Source: Escherichia coli O127:H6 str. E2348/69 (GTDB lineage Bacteria; Pseudomonadota; Gammaproteobacteria; Enterobacterales; Enterobacteriaceae). From it: a stretch of 64,000 nucleotides of DNA. The position numbers were made by a program, and so were the translations under genes. The stretch lies in assembly GCF_000026545.1 (NCBI RefSeq), contig NC_011601.1, one strand, 5' to 3'. The notes beneath the pieces were generated by a model. The model was not told the DNA's origin, did not search any database, and saw only the letters and a list, made by a program, of their open reading frames with translations. Below are positions 48,837-60,913 of the stretch, piece by piece (the first letter of the stretch is position 1; every line of letters starts with the position of its first letter).

Positions 48837-49120
48837 GCTGCCTCCATACTCTAAGGTGCATTTATATTACAACTTAACTTTAAAGGGGACTATGGCTCTG
48901 AAGGAGGAGGTTTCTTCAACCGACGAATTTTGCAATCTTGTTTCATCGTCATCACGCAAAAGCTGTAAAGCAGCATTTTTCGCGGAACCGACATCAAGAA
49001 CTCACCTTTCGCGTCTTCCCCTGAAATGATTAACTCCGGTATCATGTGCGCCTTATGTGATTACAACGAAAATAAAAACCATCACACTACATTTAACATC
49101 AGGGAGCCGGACTTAACCCC

Positions 49121-51682
49121 ATGAGTACAATAGAAAATTTCGACGCCCATACGCCCATGATGCAGCAGTATCTCAAGCTGAAAGCCCAGCATCCCGAGAT
49201 CCTGCTGTTTTACCGGATGGGCGACTTTTATGAACTGTTTTATGACGACGCAAAACGGGCGTCGCAACTGCTGGATATTTCACTGACCAAACGCGGTGCT
49301 TCAGCGGGAGAGCCAATCCCGATGGCGGGGATTCCCTACCATGCGGTGGAAAACTACCTCGCCAAACTGGTGAATCAGGGCGAATCCGTCGCTATTTGTG
49401 AACAGATTGGCGATCCGGCGACCAGCAAAGGGCCGGTTGAGCGCAAAGTTGTCCGTATCGTTACGCCGGGCACCATCAGCGATGAAGCGCTGTTGCAGGA
49501 ACGTCAGGACAACCTGCTGGCGGCTATCTGGCAGGACAGTAAAGGTTTCGGCTACGCAACGCTGGATATCAGTTCCGGTCGTTTTCGCCTGAGCGAACCG
49601 GCAGACCGCGAAACGATGGCGGCAGAACTGCAACGTACGAATCCAGCGGAATTACTGTATGCGGAAGATTTCGCCGAGATGTCGCTGATTGAAGGTCGCC
49701 GCGGCCTGCGTCGTCGCCCGCTGTGGGAGTTTGAAATCGACACCGCTCGCCAGCAATTGAACCTGCAATTTGGCACTCGCGATCTGGTCGGTTTTGGTGT
49801 GGAGAACGCACCACGCGGACTTTGTGCTGCCGGTTGTCTGTTGCAGTATGCGAAAGATACCCAACGCACGACCCTGCCGCATATTCGTTCTATCACTATG
49901 GAACGTCAGCAGGACAGCATCATTATGGATGCCGCGACGCGTCGTAACCTGGAAATTACTCAGAACCTGGCCGGCGGTGCGGAAAATACGCTGACCTCAG
50001 TGCTCGACTGCACTGTAACGCCGATGGGTAGTCGTATGCTGAAACGCTGGCTGCATATGCCAGTGCGCGATACCCGCGTGTTGCTTGAGCGCCAGCAAAC
50101 TATTGGCGCATTGCAGGATTTCACCGCCGAGCTACAGCCGGTACTGCGTCAGGTCGGCGACCTGGAACGTATTCTGGCGCGTCTGGCGTTGCGTACCGCT
50201 CGCCCACGCGATCTGGCCCGTATGCGTCACGCTTTCCAGCAACTGCCGGAGTTGCGTGCGCAGTTAGAAAATGTCGATAGTGCACCGGTACAAGCGCTGC
50301 GTGAGAAGATGGGCGAGTTTGCCGAACTGCGCGACCTGCTGGAGCGAGCAATCATCGACACGCCGCCGGTGCTGGTACGCGATGGTGGTGTTATTGCGAC
50401 TGGTTATAACGAAGAACTGGATGAATGGCGTGCGCTGGCCGACGGCGCGACCGATTATCTGGAACGTCTGGAAGTCCGCGAGCGTGAACGTACCGGCCTG
50501 GACACGCTGAAAGTTGGCTTTAATGCGGTGCACGGCTACTACATTCAAATCAGCCGTGGGCAAAGCCATCTGGCACCAATCAACTACATGCGTCGCCAGA
50601 CGCTGAAAAACGCCGAGCGCTACATCATTCCAGAGCTAAAAGAGTACGAAGATAAAGTTCTCACCTCAAAAGGCAAAGCACTGGCTCTGGAAAAACAACT
50701 TTATGAAGAGCTGTTCGACCTGCTGTTGCCGCATCTGGAAGCGTTGCAACAGAGCGCGAGCGCGCTGGCGGAACTCGACGTGCTGGTGAACCTGGCGGAG
50801 CGGGCCTATACCCTGAACTACACCTGCCCGACCTTTATTGATAAACCTGGCATTCGCATTACCGAAGGTCGCCATCCGGTAGTTGAACAAGTACTGAATG
50901 AGCCGTTTATCGCTAACCCGCTGAACCTGTCGCCGCAGCGTCGCATGTTGATCATTACCGGTCCGAACATGGGAGGTAAAAGTACCTATATGCGCCAGAC
51001 CGCGTTGATTGCGCTGATGGCGTATATCGGCAGCTACGTACCGGCGCAAAAAGTCGAGATTGGCCCGATTGACCGTATCTTTACCCGCGTAGGTGCCGCG
51101 GATGATCTGGCTTCCGGGCGTTCAACCTTTATGGTGGAGATGACCGAAACCGCCAATATTTTACATAACGCCACCGAATACAGTCTGGTGTTGATGGACG
51201 AGATCGGGCGTGGAACGTCCACTTACGATGGTCTGTCGCTGGCGTGGGCATGCGCGGAAAATCTGGCAAATAAGATCAAAGCGTTGACGCTGTTTGCTAC
51301 CCACTATTTCGAGCTGACCCAGTTACCGGAGAAAATGGAAGGCGTCGCCAACGTGCATCTCGATGCACTGGAGCACGGCGACACCATTGCCTTTATGCAT
51401 AGCGTGCAGGATGGCGCAGCGAGCAAAAGCTACGGCCTGGCGGTTGCAGCTCTGGCGGGTGTGCCAAAAGAGGTTATTAAGCGCGCACGGCAAAAACTGC
51501 GTGAGCTGGAAAGCATTTCGCCGAACGCCGCTGCTACGCAAGTGGATGGTACACAAATGTCTTTGCTGTCCGTACCGGAAGAAACTTCGCCTGCGGTCGA
51601 GGCACTGGAAAACCTCGACCCGGATTCATTGACTCCGCGTCAGGCGCTGGAGTGGATTTATCGCTTGAAGAGTCTGGTGTAA
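49121..51682 (+). CDS. mutS: DNA mismatch repair protein MutS
   Basis: 853 aa; Walker [10 protein letters not shown]. Confidence 0.97.
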   Translation: MSTIENFDAHTPMMQQYLKLKAQHPEILLFYRMGDFYELFYDDAKRASQLLDISLTKRGASAGEPIPMAGIPYHAVENYLAKLVNQGESVAICEQIGDPATSKGPVERKVVRIVTPGTISDEALLQERQDNLLAAIWQDSKGFGYATLDISSGRFRLSEPADRETMAAELQRTNPAELLYAEDFAEMSLIEGRRGLRRRPLWEFEIDTARQQLNLQFGTRDLVGFGVENAPRGLCAAGCLLQYAKDTQRTTLPHIRSITMERQQDSIIMDAATRRNLEITQNLAGGAENTLTSVLDCTVTPMGSRMLKRWLHMPVRDTRVLLERQQTIGALQDFTAELQPVLRQVGDLERILARLALRTARPRDLARMRHAFQQLPELRAQLENVDSAPVQALREKMGEFAELRDLLERAIIDTPPVLVRDGGVIATGYNEELDEWRALADGATDYLERLEVRERERTGLDTLKVGFNAVHGYYIQISRGQSHLAPINYMRRQTLKNAERYIIPELKEYEDKVLTSKGKALALEKQLYEELFDLLLPHLEALQQSASALAELDVLVNLAERAYTLNYTCPTFIDKPGIRITEGRHPVVEQVLNEPFIANPLNLSPQRRMLIITGPNMGGKSTYMRQTALIALMAYIGSYVPAQKVEIGPIDRIFTRVGAADDLASGRSTFMVEMTETANILHNATEYSLVLMDEIGRGTSTYDGLSLAWACAENLANKIKALTLFATHYFELTQLPEKMEGVANVHLDALEHGDTIAFMHSVQDGAASKSYGLAVAALAGVPKEVIKRARQKLRELESISPNAAATQVDGTQMSLLSVPEETSPAVEALENLDPDSLTPRQALEWIYRLKSLV

Positions 51683-51787
51683 TAATAATTCCCAATAGCC
51701 TTTTGCTATCGGGAATATTAACGACAACTGACGAATCAAATAAAAATACCCTGTATAATAGGAAAGCTTATTTTACAGGGTAAAACC

Positions 51788-52444
51788 ATGCCATCTACAC
51801 GCTACCAAAAAATCAACGCCCATCACTATCGCCATATATGGACCGTTGGTGATATTCATGGTGACTATCAATTATTACAATCCCGCTTACATCAACTCTC
51901 TTTTTGTCCTGAAACCGACTTACTTATTTCGGTAGGCGATAACATCGATCGTGGGCCGGAGAGTCTTAACGTACTACGCCTGTTAAACCAGCCCTGGTTT
52001 ACATCGGTTAAAGGCAACCATGAAGCGATGGCGCTTGATGCATTCGAAACTGGCGATGGAAATATGTGGCTTGCCAGCGGTGGTGACTGGTTTTTCGATT
52101 TAAATGATTCAGAGCAACAAGAGGCAATAGATCTGTTGCTGAAATTCCATCACCTTCCACATATTATTGAAATCACTAACGACACCATAAAATATGTCAT
52201 CGCACATGCAGATTATCCGGGGAAGGAGTATCAGTTTGGCAAAGAAATAGCGGAGAGAGAATTACTCTGGCCTGTTGATCGTGTGCAGAAATCACTTAAT
52301 AGCGAATTACAAAAAATAAACGGCGCCGACTTCTTTATATTTGGTCATATGATGTTTGATAACATTCAGACGTTCGCTAACCAGATTTATATTGATACCG
52401 GATCGCCGAAAAGCGGGCGGCTGTCATTTTATAAAATAAAGTAG
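51788..52444 (+). CDS. pphB: Serine/threonine protein phosphatase 2 (PrpB)
   Basis: 218 aa metallophosphoesterase, GDIHGD and GDNIDRG motifs. Confidence 0.9.
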   Translation: MPSTRYQKINAHHYRHIWTVGDIHGDYQLLQSRLHQLSFCPETDLLISVGDNIDRGPESLNVLRLLNQPWFTSVKGNHEAMALDAFETGDGNMWLASGGDWFFDLNDSEQQEAIDLLLKFHHLPHIIEITNDTIKYVIAHADYPGKEYQFGKEIAERELLWPVDRVQKSLNSELQKINGADFFIFGHMMFDNIQTFANQIYIDTGSPKSGRLSFYKIK

Positions 52445-52494
52445 TCTCATGCTTCTTCTGTGAAGCATGAGTAACCCGGCGTTATTGCAGGTCA

Positions 52495-53292
52495 TTATTC
52501 ATTTTTCGCTACCAGCAAAGAGAGATCCAGCTTCGCCAGCGCGCGGCTGGCACTCTCCGGCAGACCATCGTCAGTAATGATCTGATCAAACTCGCTTAAT
52601 GGTAACGCCAGCCATGTCGCCACCTGTCCATATTTCGTCGCATCACAGACCAAAACTCGCTGGCGGCTGGCACTGGCAATCGCCCGTTTCACCGTGACTT
52701 TATCTTCTGCTGGCGTAGAGATCCCCCGCACACTCCATGACGATGCAGAAATAAAAGCCTGATCAATCATCAGGCTACGCAGCATGGTCGCAGCGGCTTC
52801 CCCAACACAGGAACGGTTTTCCCGACACACTGCGCCGCCAGTGTGAATAATTGTGCAATTACTGTTGTCGAGCAAGTAGTCCGCAATAACGAAGTCGTTA
52901 GTAACCACTGTGAGTGGCTCCATGTGAATCAGATGCTGTGCAATCGCTAACGTGGTCGTTCCCGCATCCAGATAGATACAACGTCCCGGCTGAACAAGAC
53001 TTGCCGCCAGCTTGCCAATAGCCGCTTTTTGCGTCATTGCCAGCGCAGTTTTTACCTGATGAGAAGGTTCATGCGCCACGCGTCCCGGAGACTGGACGCC
53101 TCCGGACACCAGCACAACGGCTCCCTGCTGCTCCAGTTTTTGTAAATCCCGACGAATAGTCATATGTGACACATTCATTCTGTCCGTTAGTTCAGCAATA
53201 CTGACAATGCCTTTTTCAGCTACCATCTCAAGGATGATTTGGCGACGCTCTACGGGTATCAACTTTTGCTCCTTCCTTTGTCCTGCGGACAT
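52495..53292 (-). CDS. ygbI: DeoR-family transcriptional regulator YgbI (true start may lie about 10 codons downstream)
   Basis: 265 aa ORF with N-terminal HTH and DeoR sugar-binding domain. Confidence 0.85.
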   Translation of the reverse strand: MSAGQRKEQKLIPVERRQIILEMVAEKGIVSIAELTDRMNVSHMTIRRDLQKLEQQGAVVLVSGGVQSPGRVAHEPSHQVKTALAMTQKAAIGKLAASLVQPGRCIYLDAGTTTLAIAQHLIHMEPLTVVTNDFVIADYLLDNSNCTIIHTGGAVCRENRSCVGEAAATMLRSLMIDQAFISASSWSVRGISTPAEDKVTVKRAIASASRQRVLVCDATKYGQVATWLALPLSEFDQIITDDGLPESASRALAKLDLSLLVAKNE

Positions 53293-53457
53293 TCTACGCT
53301 ATTTGCCTGCGAAACGTGCGCGGCGCAACTAACGCTTAGTTCACATAAAATAACACACAATGTTAATTTTTGTGAATCAGCTCACCATATCGTTATCTTT
53401 CCGCGCTTATATTCACAACATCAAACAAAATATCACTTAAATTAACAAGGAGAGCAG

Positions 53458-54366
53458 ATGAAAACGGGATCGGAGTTTCATGTCGGTATCGTTGGCTTAG
53501 GGTCAATGGGAATGGGAGCAGCACTGTCATGTGTCCGCGCAGGTCTTTCTACCTGGGGCGCAGACCTGAACAGCAATGCCTGCGCTACGTTGAAAGAGGC
53601 TGGTGCTTGCGGAGTTTCTGATAACGCCGCGACGTTTGCCGAAAAACTGGACGCTCTGCTGGTGCTGGTGGTCAATGCGGCCCAGGTTAAACAGGTGCTG
53701 TTTGGTGAAAAAGGCGTTGCACAACATCTAAAACCCGGTACGGCAGTAATGGTTTCTTCCACTATCGCCAGTGCTGATGCGCAAGAAATTGCTACCGCTC
53801 TGGCTGGATTCGGTCTGGAAATGCTGGATGCGTCGGTTTCTGGTGGTGCGGTAAAAGCCGCTAATGGTGAAATGACTGTCATGGCCTCCGGTAGCGATAT
53901 TGCCTTTGAACGACTGGCACCCGTGCTGGAAGCCGTTGCCGGAAAAGTTTATCGCATCGGTTCAGAACCGGGACTGGGTTCGACCGTAAAAATTATCCAC
54001 CAGTTGTTAGCGGGCGTACATATTGCTGCCGGAGCCGAAGCGATGGCGCTTGCAGCCCGTGCGGGGATCCCGCTGGATGTGATGTATGACGTCGTGACCA
54101 ATGCCGCCGGAAATTCATGGATGTTCGAAAACCGGATGCGTCATGTGGTGGATGGCGATTACACCCCGTATTCAGCCGTCGATATTTTTGTTAAGGATCT
54201 TGGTCTGGTTGCCGATACCGCCAAAGCCCTGCACTTCCCGCTGCCATTGGCCTCAACAGCATTGAATATGTTCACCAGCGCCAGTAACGCGGGTTACGGG
54301 AAAGAAGACGATAGCGCAGTTATCAAGATTTTCTCTGGCATCACTCTACCGGGAGCGAAATCATGA
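53458..54366 (+). CDS. ygbJ: L-threonate dehydrogenase (3-hydroxyisobutyrate dehydrogenase family)
   Basis: 302 aa, Rossmann GIVGLGSMG. Confidence 0.9.
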   Translation: MKTGSEFHVGIVGLGSMGMGAALSCVRAGLSTWGADLNSNACATLKEAGACGVSDNAATFAEKLDALLVLVVNAAQVKQVLFGEKGVAQHLKPGTAVMVSSTIASADAQEIATALAGFGLEMLDASVSGGAVKAANGEMTVMASGSDIAFERLAPVLEAVAGKVYRIGSEPGLGSTVKIIHQLLAGVHIAAGAEAMALAARAGIPLDVMYDVVTNAAGNSWMFENRMRHVVDGDYTPYSAVDIFVKDLGLVADTAKALHFPLPLASTALNMFTSASNAGYGKEDDSAVIKIFSGITLPGAKS

Positions 54367-55625
54367 TCAAGATTGGCGTTATCGCCGATGATTTTACCGG
54401 CGCGACGGATATCGCCAGTTTTCTGGTGGAAAACGGTCTACCAACGGTACAAATTAACGGTGTTCCAACAGGTAAAATGCCGGAAGCAATCGACGCACTG
54501 GTGATCAGCCTGAAAACGCGCTCCTGTCCGGTGGTTGAAGCCACACAGCAATCGCTGGCGGCTCTGAGCTGGTTGCAACAGCAAGGTTGCAAACAGATCT
54601 ATTTCAAATACTGCTCTACTTTCGACAGTACGGCGAAAGGGAATATCGGCCCAGTTACCGATGCATTAATGGATGCTCTCGACACACCGTTTACGGTCTT
54701 CTCTCCGGCCCTGCCAGTCAACGGACGTACGGTTTATCAGGGGTATTTGTTCGTAATGAATCAACTGCTGGCCGAATCCGGAATGCGCCATCACCCGGTA
54801 AATCCCATGACCGACAGCTATCTTCCCCGTCTGGTTGAAGCGCAATCCACAGGGCGCTGCGGCGTCGTTTCAGCACATGTTTTCGAACAAGGTGTGAAAG
54901 CCGTTCGTCAGGAGCTGGCTCGCTTACAGCAAGAGGGCTATCGCTACGCGGTGCTTGATGCGCTGACCGAACACCATCTGGAAATTCAGGGAGAAGCCTT
55001 GCGCGATGCCCCACTGGTAACGGGCGGTTCTGGTCTGGCGATTGGCCTTGCCCGGCAGTGGGCGCAAGAAAACGGTAACCAGGCTCGCAAAGCAGGGCAT
55101 CCGCTCGCTGGGCGCGGCGTAGTGCTCTCCGGTTCATGCTCTCAAATGACCAACCACCAGGTAGCACATTACCGTCAAATTGCACCAGCCCGTGAAGTTG
55201 ATGTGGCACGCTGCCTCTCAACCGAAACTCTGGCCGCTTATGCACACGAGCTGGCAGAGTGGGTTCTGGGCCAGGAAAGTGTACTTGCTCCACTGGTTTT
55301 TGCCACCGCCAGCACTGACGCATTGGCAGCAATTCAACAGCAATACGGTGCACAAAAAGCCAGTCAGGCAGTAGAAACTCTGTTTTCTCAACTAGCGGCG
55401 CGGTTAGCAGCGGAAGGCGTGACACGCTTTATTGTCGCAGGCGGTGAGACCTCCGGCGTAGTCACACAGAGCCTGGGCATAAAAGGTTTTCATATTGGCC
55501 CAACCATTTCCCCCGGCGTGCCGTGGGTAAACGCACTGGATAAGCCTGTCTCACTCGCCCTTAAATCTGGCAACTTCGGTGATGAAGCCTTTTTTTCACG
55601 AGCCCAAAGAGAGTTTTTATCATGA
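54363..55625 (+). CDS. ygbK: 3-oxo-tetronate kinase (four-carbon acid sugar kinase family)
   Basis: 420 aa, operon position. Confidence 0.88.
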   Translation: MIKIGVIADDFTGATDIASFLVENGLPTVQINGVPTGKMPEAIDALVISLKTRSCPVVEATQQSLAALSWLQQQGCKQIYFKYCSTFDSTAKGNIGPVTDALMDALDTPFTVFSPALPVNGRTVYQGYLFVMNQLLAESGMRHHPVNPMTDSYLPRLVEAQSTGRCGVVSAHVFEQGVKAVRQELARLQQEGYRYAVLDALTEHHLEIQGEALRDAPLVTGGSGLAIGLARQWAQENGNQARKAGHPLAGRGVVLSGSCSQMTNHQVAHYRQIAPAREVDVARCLSTETLAAYAHELAEWVLGQESVLAPLVFATASTDALAAIQQQYGAQKASQAVETLFSQLAARLAAEGVTRFIVAGGETSGVVTQSLGIKGFHIGPTISPGVPWVNALDKPVSLALKSGNFGDEAFFSRAQREFLS

Positions 55626-56260
55626 GCGATTTCGCAAAAGTAGAGCAGTCTTTGCGAGAGGAGATGACGCGGATTGCCAGTTCATTCTTTCAGCGCGGAT
55701 ATGCAACCGGTTCGGCTGGCAATCTGTCGCTGCTTTTACCTGACGGGAATTTACTGGCGACACCGACAGGTTCATGCCTGGGCAATCTCGATCCGCAGCG
55801 GCTTTCCAAAGTCACCGCGGATGGCGAATGGTTAAGTGGTGACAAACCCTCGAAAGAGGTGCTCTTTCATCTGGCGCTGTACCGCAACAATCCGCGCTGT
55901 AAAGCGGTAGTGCATTTGCACAGTACGTGGTCGACGGCGCTTTCCTGCCTGGAAGGGCTGGACAGCAATAACGTTATTCGGCCGTTCACACCATACGTGG
56001 TGATGCGGATGGGAAACGTCCCGCTGGTGCCCTATTACCGACCGGGCGATAAACGCATCGCACAGGATCTGGCGGAACTGGCAGCAGACAATCAGGCTTT
56101 TTTACTGGCAAATCATGGCCCAGTGGTTTGCGGTGAAAGCCTGCAAGAAGCCGCCAACAATATGGAAGAGCTGGAGGAAACGGCAAAGCTGATTTTTATT
56201 CTCGGTGACCGCCCGATCCGTTATCTGACCGCAGGTGAAATTGCGGAATTAAGGAGTTAA
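55622..56260 (+). CDS. ygbL: 3-oxo-tetronate 4-phosphate decarboxylase (class II aldolase/adducin family)
   Basis: 212 aa, operon position. Confidence 0.88.
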   Translation: MSDFAKVEQSLREEMTRIASSFFQRGYATGSAGNLSLLLPDGNLLATPTGSCLGNLDPQRLSKVTADGEWLSGDKPSKEVLFHLALYRNNPRCKAVVHLHSTWSTALSCLEGLDSNNVIRPFTPYVVMRMGNVPLVPYYRPGDKRIAQDLAELAADNQAFLLANHGPVVCGESLQEAANNMEELEETAKLIFILGDRPIRYLTAGEIAELRS

Positions 56261-56264
56261 TGCA

Positions 56265-57041
56265 ATGCCTCGTTTTGCAGCTAATTTATCCATGATGTTC
56301 ACCGAAGTGCCTTTTATTGAACGCTTCGCCGCAGCGCGAAAAGCCGGGTTCGATGCTGTGGAGTTTCTGTTTCCCTATGGCTACTCCCCCCAGCAAATCC
56401 AGCAGCAACTGGTGCAAAACCATCTGACACTGGCGCTGTTCAATACCGCTCCCGGAGATATTAATGCGGGAGAATGGGGATTATCCGCCCTTCCCGGACG
56501 TGAGCACGAAGCACGCGCAGACATCGACCTGGCACTGGAATATGCATTGGCGCTCAATTGTGAACAAGTCCATGTGATGGCAGGCGTCGTGCCCGCTGGC
56601 GAAGATGCTGAACGGTACCGGGGAGTATTTATTGATAATCTCCGCTACGCTGCCGACCGCTTTGCGCCACACGGCAAGCGAATATTGGTTGAAGCACTCA
56701 GCCCCGGCGTTAAGCCTCATTATCTCTTCTCCAGCCAGTATCAGGCACTGGCTATTGTTGAAGAGGTTGCGCGAGATAACGTGTTTATTCAACTGGATAC
56801 TTTCCATGCGCAAAAAGTAGATGGCAACCTGACACATTTAATCCGCGACTACGCCGGGAAATATGCGCACGTACAAATTGCCGGACTACCTGATCGACAT
56901 GAACCGGACGATGGAGAAATCAACTATCCGTGGCTGTTCCGCCTGTTCGATGAAGTGGGATATCAGGGCTGGATCGGTTGTGAATACAAACCTCGTGGCC
57001 TCACCGAAGAAGGGCTTGGCTGGTTTGACGCCTGGCGCTAA
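56265..57041 (+). CDS. ygbM: 2-oxo-tetronate isomerase (hydroxypyruvate isomerase family)
   Basis: 258 aa, TIM-barrel xylose-isomerase-like. Confidence 0.88.
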   Translation: MPRFAANLSMMFTEVPFIERFAAARKAGFDAVEFLFPYGYSPQQIQQQLVQNHLTLALFNTAPGDINAGEWGLSALPGREHEARADIDLALEYALALNCEQVHVMAGVVPAGEDAERYRGVFIDNLRYAADRFAPHGKRILVEALSPGVKPHYLFSSQYQALAIVEEVARDNVFIQLDTFHAQKVDGNLTHLIRDYAGKYAHVQIAGLPDRHEPDDGEINYPWLFRLFDEVGYQGWIGCEYKPRGLTEEGLGWFDAWR

Positions 57042-57129
57042 TTCGCTCAATCCCTAATTACAACGTACCCATACATCCCCCCATCTACGGATGGGGTAGG
57101 TTAACTATAACTTTCAGACAGGGTTTCCC

Positions 57130-58494
57130 ATGTCCACAATTACATTGTTATGCATTGCGTTAGCTGGCGTAATCATGCTGTTGCTACTGGTCATCAAGGC
57201 AAAGGTACAACCATTCGTTGCTCTGCTCCTCGTCAGCCTGTTAGTCGCACTTGCGGCGGGTATACCGGCGGGCGAAGTGGGTAAAGTGATGATCGCCGGG
57301 ATGGGCGGTGTGCTTGGTTCCGTCACTATTATTATTGGTCTGGGCGCTATGCTGGGGCGTATGATCGAACACTCTGGTGGTGCAGAGTCACTGGCTAATT
57401 ATTTCAGTCGCAAGCTAGGTGACAAACGAACTATCGCTGCGCTGACTCTGGCAGCGTTCTTCCTCGGTATTCCCGTCTTCTTTGATGTCGGCTTTATTAT
57501 TCTTGCGCCAATCATTTACGGTTTTGCCAAGGTTGCCAAAATATCACCACTCAAATTTGGCCTGCCTGTCGCTGGGATCATGCTCACTGTTCACGTGGCG
57601 GTACCGCCGCATCCAGGCCCTGTCGCCGCAGCGGGGTTACTCCACGCAGACATCGGCTGGCTAACCATCATCGGTATTGCGATTTCTATTCCCGTAGGGA
57701 TTGTTGGCTACTTTGCAGCGAAAATAATCAATAAGCGCCAATATACGATGTCGGTCGAGGTACTGGAACAGATGCAACTGGCTCCGGCCAGTGAGGAAGG
57801 CGCGACAAAATTAAGCGATAAAATAAATCCACCGGGCGTCGCGCTGGTCACCTCGCTAATTGTTATTCCTATCGCGATTATCATGGCGGGTACGGTTTCC
57901 GCAACACTGATGCCGCCTTCGCATCCCCTGCTTGGTACGCTACAGCTGATCGGCTCACCAATGGTAGCTCTAATGATTGCGCTGGTGCTGGCATTCTGGT
58001 TATTGGCTTTACGTCGCGGCTGGAGCTTACAACACACCAGCGACATTATGGGCTCAGCCCTTCCCACTGCGGCGGTAGTGATTTTGGTTACTGGTGCTGG
58101 AGGGGTATTTGGCAAAGTGCTGGTGGAATCGGGCGTCGGTAAAGCCCTTGCCAACATGTTACAAATGATTGACCTGCCTCTGTTACCAGCCGCATTTATT
58201 ATTTCACTGGCGCTGCGTGCATCGCAGGGGTCAGCAACCGTAGCAATCCTGACAACCGGCGGGTTACTCTCAGAAGCGGTGATGGGATTGAATCCAATTC
58301 AGTGCGTATTGGTGACGCTGGCAGCCTGCTTTGGTGGGCTTGGCGCGTCACATATTAATGACTCAGGGTTCTGGATTGTGACCAAATATCTGGGGTTGTC
58401 GGTAGCAGACGGGCTGAAAACCTGGACAGTGTTAACGACCATTCTCGGTTTTACCGGATTCTTAATTACCTGGTGCGTATGGGCGGTAATTTGA
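57130..58494 (+). CDS. ygbN: GntP-family permease YgbN
   Basis: 454 aa polytopic transporter. Confidence 0.9.
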   Translation: MSTITLLCIALAGVIMLLLLVIKAKVQPFVALLLVSLLVALAAGIPAGEVGKVMIAGMGGVLGSVTIIIGLGAMLGRMIEHSGGAESLANYFSRKLGDKRTIAALTLAAFFLGIPVFFDVGFIILAPIIYGFAKVAKISPLKFGLPVAGIMLTVHVAVPPHPGPVAAAGLLHADIGWLTIIGIAISIPVGIVGYFAAKIINKRQYTMSVEVLEQMQLAPASEEGATKLSDKINPPGVALVTSLIVIPIAIIMAGTVSATLMPPSHPLLGTLQLIGSPMVALMIALVLAFWLLALRRGWSLQHTSDIMGSALPTAAVVILVTGAGGVFGKVLVESGVGKALANMLQMIDLPLLPAAFIISLALRASQGSATVAILTTGGLLSEAVMGLNPIQCVLVTLAACFGGLGASHINDSGFWIVTKYLGLSVADGLKTWTVLTTILGFTGFLITWCVWAVI

Positions 58495-58532
58495 CCTTAA
58501 TAAAAAGGTCCGATGGGCATCGGACCTTTTAT

Positions 58533-58769
58533 CTAGCGCTTACCTTCCGCCAGCAGCGGCGGGATGCTCGGCACCATCGGCGCGTCATCAATATCTTTCT
58601 GCGTCATGCGGAACGCTTCGGGATAATGTTCGCGGCTGGTGCGGCGCAGCGGTTCGGTATCGCGCCAGGTATAGAGGCAATGCTGGCACTGGTAGACCGT
58701 CCAGACATCTTTTACCGGCGATTTCGCCATCACTTCAATCTGTTCATCAGCACAACGTGGACAAATCAT
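58533..58769 (-). CDS. Small Cys-rich subunit of phenolic acid decarboxylase (YclD/EcdD-like)
   Basis: 78 aa with CPRC...CQHC zinc-ribbon pattern, immediately downstream of the UbiD-like gene. Confidence 0.7.
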   Translation of the reverse strand: MICPRCADEQIEVMAKSPVKDVWTVYQCQHCLYTWRDTEPLRRTSREHYPEAFRMTQKDIDDAPMVPSIPPLLAEGKR

Positions 58770-58779
58770 CTTGTTCTCC

Positions 58780-60207
58780 TTATTTACGTGCGGCCAGCAT
58801 AGCGGTCAGTTTTTCAGCCCAGGCTTTGGTTTCCGGTAAATCCACCACCGGCTGGCTGTAGTGACCACGGTTGTCCGGAGCGACAGGCGTGGTGGCGTCG
58901 ATAATCAGCTTGTCGGTGATACCGGCCGGGCTTGAGCCGGGGTCGAGTTCCAGCACGGACATATTCGGCAACTGCACCAAATCCCCTGCCGGGTTCACTT
59001 TCGAAGAGAGCGCCCACATCACCTGCGGCAGGTTGAACGGATCAACGTCTTCATCGACCATAATCACCATCTTCACGTAGCCCAGACCGTGCGGCGTGGT
59101 CATCGCACGCAGGCCCACCGCGCGGGCAAAGCCGCCGTAGCGTTTTTTGGTGGAGATAATCGCCAGCAGGCCGTGGGTGTACATGGCGTTTACCGCCTGC
59201 ACTTCCGGGAACTCGGCTTTCAATTGCTGATACAGCGGCACACAGGTGGCTGGCCCCATCAGGTAGTCGATTTCTGTCCACGGCATGCCGAGGTACAGCG
59301 ATTCGAAAATCGGCCTGGTGCGGTAAGAGACTTTATCGATACGCACCACGGTCATGTTACGCCCGCCGGAGTAGTGCCCGGTAAACTCACCGAACGGCCC
59401 TTCGATTTCGCGTTTACGGCTTTCGATGACCCCTTCGAGGATCACTTCCGAGCCCCACGGCACATCAAAACCGGTCAGCGGGGCGGTGGCGATCGGGTAC
59501 GGGCTTTCGCGCAGCGCGCCTGCCATTTCATACTCAGACTGATCGTATTTCAGCGGCGTGGCCCCCATCAGGGTGATGATCGGATCGTTACCGAGCGTGA
59601 TTGCAATCGGCAGATCTTCACCGCGCTCTTCCGCTTTATGCAGATGCAGGGCGATATCGTGCATCGGCACCGGTTGCAGACCGAGCTTACGCTTACCCTT
59701 CACTTCCATACGGTAGATGCCGACGTTCTGCTTGCCGAAGTTATCCGGATCAAGCGGATCGCGGGAAACCACGCACGCTTTGTCGAGATAGAAACCGCCA
59801 TCACCGTCGTTTAAACGAAACAGTGGCAGAATATCGAACAGGTTGATCTCGTCGCCATCGACGGTGTTCTGCGCCCAGGCTGGATTGGCGCGGCGCTCCG
59901 GGGCAATGGGGAAGTTATCCCAGCGGCGGATAAACTCATCAATCTGTTTTTTAACCGGGGTGTTTGGCGGCAGGCCGAGGGAAATCGCGTGGTTCTGCCA
60001 GGAACCGATGGTGTTCATTGCCACGCGGGCATCGATAAAGCCGCGAATATTATCAAACCAAAGCGCGGGCGCGCCGTCGCCGATACGCCCGGTGGCGTTG
60101 GCTGCGGCTGCCAGATCCGGTTCCGCGTTCACCTCTTCGCTGATTTTCAGTAACTGGCCGTGGTCATCAAGCGCCTGTAAAAAGCTGCGTAAATCATCAA
60201 ATGCCAT
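58780..60207 (-). CDS. UbiD-family (de)carboxylase, aromatic acid decarboxylase subunit C-like
   Basis: 475 aa UbiD-family protein; not present between ygbN and rpoS in K-12 by recall. Confidence 0.8.
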   Translation of the reverse strand: MAFDDLRSFLQALDDHGQLLKISEEVNAEPDLAAAANATGRIGDGAPALWFDNIRGFIDARVAMNTIGSWQNHAISLGLPPNTPVKKQIDEFIRRWDNFPIAPERRANPAWAQNTVDGDEINLFDILPLFRLNDGDGGFYLDKACVVSRDPLDPDNFGKQNVGIYRMEVKGKRKLGLQPVPMHDIALHLHKAEERGEDLPIAITLGNDPIITLMGATPLKYDQSEYEMAGALRESPYPIATAPLTGFDVPWGSEVILEGVIESRKREIEGPFGEFTGHYSGGRNMTVVRIDKVSYRTRPIFESLYLGMPWTEIDYLMGPATCVPLYQQLKAEFPEVQAVNAMYTHGLLAIISTKKRYGGFARAVGLRAMTTPHGLGYVKMVIMVDEDVDPFNLPQVMWALSSKVNPAGDLVQLPNMSVLELDPGSSPAGITDKLIIDATTPVAPDNRGHYSQPVVDLPETKAWAEKLTAMLAARK

Positions 60208-60800
60208 TATTCATTCTCCTGAGAAAAATTCCGGGCCTGCGGCAATCCTTGCCAGCGCCTGGCGTGAGGATGTTCGAGGCCAAATTGATCCAGCACGCGG
60301 GCTACCACGTGGTGGACAATGTCATCTACCGTTTCGGGATGGTTATAAAAGGCAGGCATCGGCGGCACCATCGCCACGCCCATGCGTGAAAGTGCGAGCA
60401 TATTTTCGAGATGGATGGTGCTAAGCGGCGTTTCACGCGGCACCAGCACTAGTTTGCGGCCTTCTTTGAGCACGACGTCCGCCGCGCGCCCCACCAGGCC
60501 ATCGGCGTAACCGGCACGGATACCGGCGAGCGTTTTCATACTGCACGGAATAACGATCATGCCGTCGGTACGAAAGGAACCTGAGGAGATGGTCGCCGCC
60601 TGATCCGCCGGGTTATGGCTGAAGTCTGCGAGGGCAGCAACATCGTGGGCGCTGTAAGGCGTTTCCAGTTCAATGGTGGTTTTCGCCCACGTCGACATCA
60701 CCAGATGAGTCTCGACATTCGGCATCTCCCGCAGCGCTTGCAGTAATGCCACACCAAGAGGCGCACCGGTAGCCCCTGTCATCCCGACGATCAGTTTCAT
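60207..60800 (-). CDS. UbiX/Pad1-family flavin prenyltransferase
   Basis: 197 aa, MKLIVGMTGATGA N-terminus typical of UbiX. Confidence 0.82.
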   Translation of the reverse strand: MKLIVGMTGATGAPLGVALLQALREMPNVETHLVMSTWAKTTIELETPYSAHDVAALADFSHNPADQAATISSGSFRTDGMIVIPCSMKTLAGIRAGYADGLVGRAADVVLKEGRKLVLVPRETPLSTIHLENMLALSRMGVAMVPPMPAFYNHPETVDDIVHHVVARVLDQFGLEHPHARRWQGLPQARNFSQENE

Positions 60801-60913
60801 TGCTTACTCTCTAAATTGTTCGTATACGAACGTTATTATTAAAATACGCCTCTGTTTTCATCGCGGCAAGCGCTGAAAAGTAACAACATCTTCTTCGTCA
60901 CTGAAAAACCGCT